Part shown: in pieces, positions 9,280-19,653 of the stretch
Numbering within the stretch: the stretch's first letter is position 1
How the letters are laid out: each line of letters begins with the position of its first letter
Source of the DNA: Azolla caroliniana
Taxonomy: Eukaryota; Plantae; Polypodiophyta
DNA: 64,000 nt
NCBI GenBank assembly: GCA_043228905.1
Contig: JBHGNT010000004.1
Span: 24,304,001-24,368,000, forward strand
Reading direction: 5' to 3'
Made by a program: the position numbers and the translations under genes
The notes under the pieces: model-generated
What the model saw: the letters and a program-made list of their open reading frames with translations, nothing else
What the model was told of the DNA's origin: nothing
Databases searched by the model: none

Positions 9280-11929
9280 AATTATGGTTTTTTGAACAAG
9301 CATCTAGATGTTACTTTTTTACATAGTTTTCCCAGATGGAAGGCTGTATAGAAGAACCTTACGTAATGAAAAAAATTTAGTTGTTTGTATATGCATATCT
9401 CATTTGGATCTTTTATCCCAAATATTTGTGTGGGTGTAATTCTTTTCCAAGAAGATTACAATGAATACATAGAAGTGAAAATTATTAAAAAAATTTTAAA
9501 CTTTATTAACAAGTTTTCTTAATGCTACCGTATGTTTGATTCTTATCATGCTTGTATCACCAAAGGTATATATATATATGCGACAATTCAAATTTCTTTA
9601 ACATAAAGAGTTATATAATGATAAACACGAAGATTGTAGATGTGATACTATTTTTGCGAAGATCACTATGGACGTATGCATATTAAAATCTTAAAAATTT
9701 TCATGGATATAAAGATGTAACAATAACCTAGTAAAATAATATTGTCTTCCCAGCCCCGCCTTAAACAAACGAGCAAGATACCATCGGTTTTCTTTTTTCC
9801 AAATATAGCACGAGACACTAAAGTTATAGATACGTTCATATTTAAAATATAAGTGGAAAAAAACACTAGTGAGACCTTGGGAGAAATAAAAAGGGTCAAA
9901 GAATGGTAGATCGTTACCTAGTAAGAAGAACATAAAAGTGACTAATAAGATAGTGGCAAGAGAGATGTAGAACTCCTCAACAAAGACCCCCATACCCATT
10001 ATCTCTTTGGGAAATTGACGAAAAGGAAACTCCACGGTTTCTCTGATAGCAACCATGGTTAGTAAAGTAAGTTAGTTTTTGTGTAGGCGATGGTGGGAAG
10101 GATGTTGGAGGCAAAATTGTGAGCAAGAAATATGGGATTAGCGAAAGAGTTCTTGGGCTAACTACATATATATATATATATAGCCTTCTTATTAAGCATA
10201 TAGCCCTCACCAATTTCCATATTGTGCGTTCTTTGTTTTTTTTATAATAATAAAGCAAATAGACTTGGATGAAGTATATAGTAGTATCTTTTGGAAGGAT
10301 AACATGAGTCCATATTCTCAAAAAATATATACCCCTTGATCGATCGATCGATCACATTGTAGCCCATCGATCGATCAATCGATATGTAGCCCATCAGTCG
10401 ATAAATCAATCAAGGGGTATATTAATTTGATTGATTGAAGGATATGTAGCCCATTGATTGACCAAGGGGTATATATTATTTGATTGATTGATTGATATGT
10501 AGCCCATTGATTGATCCATTGATCAAGGGGTCTATATTTTTTTGAGAATATAGACTCACGTTGGCCCTTTGGAGCGGCCACTATATACTTCACCCAAGTC
10601 TATTTGCTTTAATATTATGAGAGAAAAACAAAAAGCATAATAAATTGGTGAGGGCTATTTTTGATATTATGCCTAATCAAAATGTTATATATGTGTGGTT
10701 TGGGCAAGAACTCCTCCTCTAATCCCTTGTTTCTTGTTCTCTATTCTACCTCTAACATCCTTCCCACCACCGCCTGCACAGTAACTAAGTTACTTTACTA
10801 GCCATGATTGCCATCAAAGAAACCGTAGAGTCAATTTGCTAAAGAGAAGATGGGTATAGAGGTATCTGTTGAGGAGCTCTATATATCTCTTGGCACTATT
10901 TTGTTAGCCACTTCTTTGTTCTTCCTTCTAGGTAAGGATCTACCATTGTTGACCCTTTTTATTTCTCCCCTAGGTCTCATTGGTGTTTTTTTCCACTATA
11001 TTCAAAATATAAACGTCTCTCTGAATGTAGTGTCCTATGCTATATTTGGAAGAAAGAAAATAGATACCATCTTGCTTGGTGGTTTAAGCGAAGCTGGGAA
11101 GACAACATTATTTTACCAAGTTATCGTTACATCTCTTTATCCATTGAAAATTTTAAGATTTTAATATGCATACGTCCATAGTGATCTTCGCAGAAATAGT
11201 ATCACATCTTCAATCTTGGTGTTTATCATTATATAACTCTTTATGTTAAAGAAATTTAAAAAGAATCATATATTCGGTAGCATTCAGAAAACTTGTTAAT
11301 AAAGTTCTATGGAAATCTAATAATTTTCACTTGCTTGTATTCATTGTAATCTTCTTGGAAAAGAATTATACCCACACTAGTATTTGGCATAAAAAATCCA
11401 AATGAGCTCTTGTTTACTAAAATCTCTATTGAATTTTTAAACTTGGGATCTGAAGGTATTTGTAGAGGGAATAAAGTCCAATTGAATTAAAATAATTAAG
11501 TCGCTGTATTTTCTCATAATTTCCTAATATTTATTCACGAAACAAACTCAACTAATTAAACAATGGGTTTTCAAATATTGATCAATAAGCAACTCAACGT
11601 TTTGATTAGCACAAGGTTCATTCATACGACTCAACATTTAGGCTAAAATATGGAAATAATCACATTATACATGCATATACAAGAAACCAGTCATTTTGAT
11701 AACACAAGGGTTGTACCTGCAACCTTGCACTTAGGGAAAATTCACATGTGTACTCGCATATGTTGATGGTCTTCATGAAAAAGAATGAATGAGCTTGATA
11801 TGCATATACAAGCAATTGAATATTTTTCATTACAGAAGGTTCTTCCATACAACCATACATCTGGGAAAAACTATGTAAAAAAGTAACATCTAGATGCTTG
11901 TTCAAACAGCCATAATTTTTTGTCCAATA
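9271..11929. repeat. Long inverted repeat: left arm 9271-10341, right arm 10521-11929 (with an extra ~390 bp at 11407-11796), spacer ~180 bp
   Basis: The left arm is the reverse complement of SRbeta promoter, exon 1, intron 1, exon 2 and part of intron 2. Examples: GATCACTATGGACGTATGCATATTAAAATCTTAAAA (9661) vs TTTTAAGATTTTAATATGCATACGTCCATAGTGATC (11151); TTTGAACAAGCATCTAGATGTTACTTTTTTACATAG (9291) vs its reverse complement at ~11871-11906. Confidence 0.95.
9730..9999 (-). pseudogene. Inverted partial copy of SRbeta exons 1-2
   Basis: Minus-strand MGMGVFVEEFYISLATILLVTFMFFLL... and SRAIFGKKKTDGILL match the plus-strand gene. A 1-bp insertion precedes the P-loop, CAA has become TAG, and there are no downstream exons. 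Confidence 0.85.
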
Positions 11930-13755
11930 AAAGGCTCGCTTATGTATGTTTGAGGGGCTCTTTGAAAAAACTTAAAGAAACTGAACATTTTATTTTAACA
12001 CATGCATCTTATAGAAAGTAAATCATAGTCAGTTCATTTGATGGGTTTAGGGCTTGCCAAGTCACCTGATTTGTGAATCCTCAGTTTTTTTCTTGTAATA
12101 CTTTGTATAAAGTGTCAACTAAATGACTTTTTTGAACCTTTTCTTGTAGCTACGAGATGGGTCTATAAACAAGGGTACTGTTACATCTATGGAGCCAAAT
12201 GTTGACCGTTTCATTTTACACTCTGAGATTTCAAAGGTATGTTCGCAGTTTTTGTGGAATGACATCATGGATGTTGCCCGAAACTTGTTTACTTTTATTA
12301 ATATTGCTCAGCCACAACCATCCTCTGGCTTAGAAACCTCCAAATAAATAGCCTGCGAATGTAATTGCCTGGATACATTTGTTATTTTCATAGCCATCAC
12401 AAGAAAATATTCTATGTGTTTTGATATGCTTGGTATTTTCACAAATTTACAAGCTTTGCCAAAAATTTGTTTGCTTCAAGGACATTATATTGTGGGAAAT
12501 TTTGACTTGAAACTCACATGAATGATAAGTAGTTCGATTATGGGAGTATTGTCCAATTCATTCACGTAATCTTGATTCTACTCACATGATGGACAATATT
12601 GTATTAGTTTTTGTTCCATTTTAAAATATTTTGATTAATAGCATAGAATATGGAAACTTTGCAAATTAGCATGACACATTTTGGAGTTTCTACAAAACTA
12701 GAAACATGGTATTTGTTTAGTAGAGGCTAAAGTCACTGGGGTCCCTAAGTATGGTGAGAAGTAGACATTGCAACTTGTGGCTATAATTTGAGAAATGTGG
12801 CAAGTTGGATGGATGTTGTCTCAGAGAATGAAAGCAAATGTGAGATTCTTAATGTGTGATGAAAACGCTAGTTGACTTACAAGGAATAAATAGAAAACCA
12901 ACAACAAAAAACATTTGTCATGTCAATGAGGAAATAATCTTTTGGAGGGCATGACGGAAGGAACGTCCATACGTCCATAGCTAACAAAAATTACGGAGTG
13001 ATGAATCTTTCCAAAATGTTTCTAGTAACCTTGTCAAATTTCTAAAGATAACTACAAGTTGCCTGATGAGTAGTTTGTTTGCGATATCACTTAGTATTAA
13101 CTCTTCGTGGAAAAGAATTGAGTGTAAAATTTCTAATTTGGGAAAATTTTAAACATGTCATTTTGATTGCTATAAAGTTCCAAGAACTCTCTGTTTTTAC
13201 ATTTATAAAGGCCTTTTCTCATTGTAATCCTCCTAAGAGCTTCTAGGATATATTTGGGTCACTTGGCCAGGGTGAACTGGCTAAAATGCTGTAAAATTCT
13301 TTTTAATAAAAAATAATATTCTGTCCCCTTAAACTAGATTATTAGGGGACTCCTAAAACCAATATGTTTCTCCTCTATGTCATTCTGTATGCTCTGCACT
13401 GCAACTGTTCTTTCTCTCCTGTCACTCCTACCGTAAGTCCACACCATTGCACACAGGTTTCACCAAAATTAACCTCTTGGCCTGTTGTCAACTGGTATCA
13501 AGCAAGGTATATCTCTTGCGACAAAAGCTCTTCAGGCAAAAGAGTGCTGCTATTGATTTAGATCTCCAAGCATTTCAAGTATCCTTGCGTGAACATTTCC
13601 TAAACAGGAGGAATCTCATAAACATATGTTGTTTGTAGATATTCCAATGCAAGTAAACTTTGTTGCAACAATATATTTAGGTTCAGCCCATAAAGATCTT
13701 GTAGAAGTATCCTTGCGAGAACATTTCCTAAACAAGAGAAATCCCATAAACATCT

Positions 13756-15786
13756 TGTTGATATATTTCGGTAGTGATGTGTGTGAACACACTTAGGACA
13801 AAGATTTGTGAACACACTTAGGACTACATGGGCATTTTTTCCCTCTTTAGGAGGTTTTTCCCCCTGTCTATAAATACTCTCATAACCCTAAAGTGGGGTA
13901 GTTTTTGTGAATCAAAACAAGAACCCAATAGTGGTATCAGAGCAACTAAGCGACGTTTGAGCAGCAACATGAGTGAACAGCAAGGTGACGGCCCCCATCC
14001 GCAATTCGTGTGTGCCATCTATGGTGGCGTTTTTCTACTACAGCAAAACAAATTTCTGCGTGTTTTTAGGGTTTAGGGTCAATGAAAGAGACAAAATATC
14101 TATATCCATTAATAGAACTTGTGGAACACGGTCCCCAAACATCAGAGTGTATCACATCAAACGCATGGGAACTCCTATGACCTGAACTAACATACGAGCT
14201 TTTAGTAAGCTTACAAAATTCACATGCATCACAAACAAGTTTCGATCTATCAGCCTTTTCAAAAAGGTGTGGATACACCTGACTCAAAACCCCATAAGAG
14301 GTCTGTCCCATACGTTGATGGTAAAGCATCAACAAGTCCTCACAACTCATTTTAGACCCCCTTACATCTGTTCCCTCTACCATAGAAGCTAATGCTGAAT
14401 CCAGCCCTTCATGATCCAAATACCATAGTCCATTATGCCATGTGCCAGTCCCAAGTCTCCGACCTATCCCTTTCTCCTAGAATGTCACCTTGGGAATATC
14501 AAAAGAAACAACACATTTTAGTTGGAGTATGATAGAACTTATGGATAATAGGTTTACTGGGAAAGGAGCATGCAACACATTAGACAATGTCACAGAGTCG
14601 GTACATTTCATTGTACCTATACCAACTACAAGTTGTGTTGTATCACCGGTAGTTTTGAATGCTCTCTAGTATTGCTAAGTGAGTATATGAGGAGCACTTG
14701 CTAGCATTACCCGTCACATGCCTAGATGAACCAGAATCAATTATCCATTCTGGTGTAGAGGCAAGAGTATGTGTGTTACTAGTACCTTTGGCGGAATAAG
14801 CATAGGTAGCAACATTACCCCTTTGCATGAATGTGGCTCTTTGCTTCCTCCCAAGTTTTTCTAAGAGAGCTTGATCCTCTTCGGTGAACACCACCTTACC
14901 ATCAGGTTTGCCCGGTGACCTCCTCTTCCACCTCTTTGGCCCCCACAACCGTGACCTCTAGTTTGTCCACGTCCTCCATATTCTGAAAGTTGAGGTGGTT
15001 GTGTTCCCGTCACAACTCCATACGCTACAATCTCAGCCTGCTTCATGTATTTCACCAATCTTTTCACCTGATCCTCGTTCGAATTTGACAACACCACATC
15101 CATCTTCTCAACCTAGACCATCTCCTCTCCTCTTCTGACTTCTTTTCTGAAGTCACCACTTATTCACATAGCACTCTCATCCTAGAAGGAGAAGCCTCCC
15201 TCTCGTCTCTTGGATGCTAGGACAGTGTTCTGTTCATTGTTACACCAGCAGAGGGATGGATCTAAGGTTTGGCAGAGGGGAGGATCTAGGGTATTGTAGA
15301 GGGGCGGATCTAGGCTCTGATACCATATTGAAAAATGAGAAAAACACCTTTATTCTCAAGAATATACATATATGTCACAACAAGAGAGAGAAAACACAGA
15401 GATCACTTTTTACATGAGGAGAAGGTTCCTCTTAAAGGCCAAGATCTGGCCATTGGGATAACTAGCTGTTGGGGTTGGCTAGTCGTTTGGCTATTAACTT
15501 TAATCATTCTCAACAGTGCTAGCTCCTTGTTCACCGCATCACTCCCAAGGGGGATTTGTTGATATATTTCAGTTGTGATATGTGTGAACACACTTAGGAC
15601 AGTGGTGTGTGTGAAGACACATAGGACAGTGGTGTGTGTGAACACACTTAGGACAGTGATGTGTGTGAACACACTTAGGATTACAGGGGCATTTTTTCCC
15701 TCTTTAGGAGGTTTTTTACACCTGTCTATAAATATTCTTATAACCCTACAGTGGGGTAGTTTTTGTGATTCAAAAAGAACCCAATA
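13756..15786 (+). mobile_element. TRIM-like non-autonomous LTR element in SRbeta intron 3, carrying a nested insert
   Basis: LTRs TGTTGATATATTTC...AACCCAATA at 13756-13930 and 15557-15786. PBS TGGTATCAGAGC at 13932-13943, PPT AAGGGGGA at ~15547-15554. TSD CATCT/CATCA (1 mismatch). Its own internal sequence is only ~180 bp. Confidence 0.85.
14078..15515 (-). mobile_element. 3'-truncated Copia element nested antisense inside the TRIM
   Basis: Minus-strand LTR TGTTGAGAATGA...TTTTCAATA (15515-15326) and PBS (15325-15314). Degraded gag, protease WIIDSGSSRHVTG, and integrase HQRMG..CDACEFCK..HSDVWGP, which stops abruptly at FVSFID. Confidence 0.85.
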
Positions 15787-15989
15787 CATCAGCTATTTGT
15801 AGATATTCCAATGCAGGAAAACTGTCACAGTAATATATTGAGGTTCAGCCGAATTTTTTTTCAAAGTCAAAGCTTGTGCCATCAAATTGTTTATCTCATA
15901 CATTGATTTAAGCTAACTTTTAGTGTTAGCCATTTCCATGGAAAAACCAAATTAAGTCAGTTAGTTTCCAAAATTCCTATTACTTAAGG

Positions 15990-17150
15990 AATGTGACCAT
16001 GCTTAGTGAATTACTAGGTAGAAAGAGCATGTTAACAGCTCCGTATGCTTCTCTTCTAATGTGGTGGCTGAAAAATATAATAGGACCCTATGTGAGAGGG
16101 TGAGTACATGTTGTCCTCAGCTAATCTCCTTCATGGCTTTTGGGGTGAGCTTATTAAAGTTGTAGTATCTATAAGCAGTAGATTCCCTCCCATAATGTTG
16201 AAAGTTGGCATCCCTGAATAGGTCTGGTCTAGCAAATCAGTCTTGCATGATCATCTTCACATATTTGGCTGTGATGCATTTGTGTATAGTAGCTATGAAC
16301 TTAGAAATAAACTTCATGCAAAGTCCATTAAGAGCATCGCCCTCAGGTATGATGAAGGTGAAATGGGCTATAGGATACGGCTACCTTAGCTGAAAAATGC
16401 TGTACACAACCTGGATGCCGTCTATAATTAGGCCAAGCTATTTGAATCTTGTCGTGCCGTGAAGAATCATAGCAAAAAGGCAAGACTTCAATGTAACCTG
16501 CCAGCCATTGATGAAGATGATGTGCCTCAGCTGGAACCATAAAGGGCTGAAAATCATGATGAGCCCCCAGGAAATGCTGCCAGAAGATGATGATCAGTCA
16601 TAATAATGCGGAAAATAGCTGTAAATGATGAATCACTGAATGTTGAAGATTCTGTGGTTCCTGCTTTAGACTGAAGGTCATTGGCTACTGAGACTTAGGG
16701 GAATTGTTCAAGGGTAAGAATGTCATTCCTGATAGGTGGGTGTATAAAATCAATACCATGGATCAAAAACCCGAGCACAAAGGAAGGCTAGTTGCAAAAG
16801 GCTATGTACATGTCAAAGGGGTTGGCTTTCAAGAGGCGTTCATGTAGTCAAAATGACCACCTTGCGGACTATGCTCACTCTAATTTTGCCTCTTGACTTG
16901 GAGCTTTACAAGATGGATGTAAAGACTGGTTTCTTGCATGGTGGCATTGAAGAAGAGCTATATATAGAAATCCCATACGGATTTGCAATTCCTGATAAGA
17001 AACATTCTGTATGCAAACGCAGCAGTCTATACTGGCTGAAACAAGCTCCTAGACGGTGGTACAAGTAGTTTGGTGCTTTTATGTTATCAAGTAGGTTAAA
17101 AAGGAGCCATGCAAATCATTGCATTTAAGCAAAAAGGGATGTAGATGACA
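15990..17150 (+). mobile_element. Highly degraded Copia pol fragment (INT-RT)
   Basis: Remnants KGRLVAKGY, KMTTLRTML...YKMDVKTGFLHGGIEEELYIE and LKQAPRRWYK with many stops. Boundaries approximate. Confidence 0.75.
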
Positions 17151-18789
17151 TTTGAGAAGTTGCATGGCCAAAAAAACAACCAGAGTGATTCATCTTTCAG
17201 CTACGGATATATCTTTTAAAAATGCTTCTAGTAACCTGTTCAAAATCTAAAGAAAACTAAAACCTGCTTGATCATTAGTTTGTTGGGTGTATCCCTTTGT
17301 ATAAACCTTCATTATGAAGAAATGAATTAAAAATTCTAATTTGGAGAAATTATAAATCTTTAATTCAAGTAATATCCCCATGATTATTTCTTTGCATTTT
17401 TGTTCCAGCAAGAAAAGCTAAGGGTTGTCCGTATAGTAGATGTACCTGGGTCCTGGACACTTACGGTTGAGATCAAAACTAGATGAATTTTTTCCTGAGG
17501 CAGGAGGGATAGTTTTCCTTGTGGATGCAGCAGATGTTATATCCAATGTCAGGGCCACAGCGGAGTAAGCATTCCATACAGTGTAATCCTTTGATAGTGA
17601 TGGACATATTTGAGAACTTAATAGAACTTTCTCCCTACCTCCTAAGGTTTCCTTTTGTGGTGCAATGCAGGGTAAAAAAAGCACCCTTTTTTCTTGATTT
17701 GTAACTTTTGTACTGTTTGAAAAGATTCCGTTAATAGTAGTTTGTATGCTGCAGGCAATGGATCCGTACAATTGTTTTCTGTAATAGAAAATATAAGTAT
17801 TTTATTCATGTCACTCATATTTAGATATTAAAAAGGTAGGCATGATATTTTGTGGAGATATGTCTGGCTTCAAGTAACGAGCCTTTATCCGAAGATTCAC
17901 TCATTTTATGTATGATCCTAATTAAAGCAAAGTTTGCAGAGAAGTTGAAGTACAGCAAGTGGGCTCTCAGATAATACAATCATTCAGGTTAAAGTGTAGA
18001 TAGCTTTGTAAGTCCCTAACAAACAAAATTTTGTCGAGATACTTGATGTAAGCTGTATCTAATAATTTTCTCACCATAAAGGAACGCTTGAAGTGTGCAC
18101 AAGACATTTTTCAGATTATAAAATAAACATTCTGCAGGCCTTGAATTTTAACACTTAGCTAACTCTGCTTCTTATGACCAAACTTTTCTGTAGGTACTTG
18201 TATGAGCTGCTATCTAAGTCATGGATCGTGAAAAGGAAAATTCCTGTGCTGATATTTGCAACAAGATAGATAAAGTCACTGCACATGCTCCAGACTTCAT
18301 TCGCAAGCAGCTCGAGAAGGAGATGTAAATTCATCTTGTCATATATACTTAAGCTAAACATGTTCAATCATAGGAAAGGTCTTTAAGTACTTGTGCCAGC
18401 AGCTGTTTTGTGCGTAAATTCATTTCTATAATTCATTGTTTTCCATTTTGTGCAGTGAAAAGTTGTGCCTTACTTGGAATGCGGTATCAGATGCTGATGT
18501 GGCTAGTGAAGTCAAATTAGGTAAAGGAGAACCTTTCAAATTCACTCAATGTGTAAACAAAGTCACAGTTGAAGAGGCAGCCGTTATAACCAACCAAATT
18601 ACGATTATTGAAAATTTTATAAGAAACCACACTGTACGCTGAAAGATAGTTCTTAATGCTGATGATCAAGATCTTGCAAAGATGTTGATCCTTTTTATTC
18701 CGGAAGATGGTCTAAATGCTAGGGTTGTTCGTGTATGTTAAATTTTGGTATGGTTTCTGAGGCTTGTATTCTAGAACACTTGAACTTGA

Positions 18790-19087
18790 AGAGCAGATTT
18801 ATTCAGACATTTCTTACTATGAATCTCCGTGGATAAATTTGTATTCAAGCACATCTACCCATCAGACGAAGTAAGATCTGAGTCGTAGAGCAGATTTATT
18901 CAGATAGTTCTTACCATATTTTTCAGTGTTTAAATTTGGATTCAAGAACTTTTTCCCATCAGACGAAGTAAGATCTGAGTTGTAGAGCAGATTTATTCAG
19001 ACAGTTCTTACCATATTTTTTAGAGTTTAAATTTGGATTCAAGAACATTTTCGCATCAGACAAAGTAAGATCCGAGTCATAGCGCAG
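18790..19087. repeat. Tandem repeat, 3 x 97 bp, downstream of the SRbeta stop
   Basis: GAGCAGATTTATTCAGA starts at 18791, 18888 and 18985 (period 97). Confidence 0.92.
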
Positions 19088-19608
19088 AGTCTGAAATATC
19101 TCCAAATCTGAGACCAACTCAAAGCATTTTAGATTGCTTGCATTAATTTAATGCAATAGTATGATACAAGCACAACTTCATACTGAATGATAAACCTGCA
19201 TTTGGTTTATTAGAGACACTGATTTTGTGTTTAGAATGAGGAATATGGGAGACCATTTCTAAGGTGTCTCAAATTTTTATTATTACTGTGATGCTAGTGT
19301 AAAGATATTATGTCTGTTTCAATCTCTTTTGGGCTAGGAGATGCCCTAGTTCACTTGGAGAAGAATGAGACACCACACGCTCTCCAAAAACAGGGGAAAG
19401 AGCCATCATTGAGAAGCATAGGAGGCTTGAGTCAAGTCTCCTAAAGCACAATTGTACGATTGAGGTGAGGTGTATCATGTGGCCTTGGGATGAGTCAACA
19501 TGACCAGTTGATCTTGCCGTCTTGACTTTTGACCTTTTTTTATGGTCGGGTTTATTTACATTTCTAAATCAAGCAAACCAGTTATAACATCTCAGACTTC
19601 TTTAGAGA

Positions 19609-19653
<45 letters not shown>

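Larger units (their letters stand above)
10850..18642 (+). pseudogene. SRPRB: Signal recognition particle receptor beta subunit (SRbeta GTPase), frameshifted
   Basis: Exons ~10850-10931, 11031-11119 (GLSEAGKTTLFYQ P-loop), 12150-12236 (LRDGSINKGTVTSMEPN), 17409-17564 (DVPG..HLRLRSKLDEF), 18194-18324 (YLYELL...NKIDK...RKQLEKE) and 18456-18642. A 7-bp insertion at 17445-17451 gives TGA at 17484; there is also a 1-bp deletion near 18256. Confidence 0.9.

Noticed and set aside
17445-18257. Compensating +7/-1 frameshifts rescuing SRbeta
   Set aside because: The shifted frame hits TGA at 17484, before the second indel.
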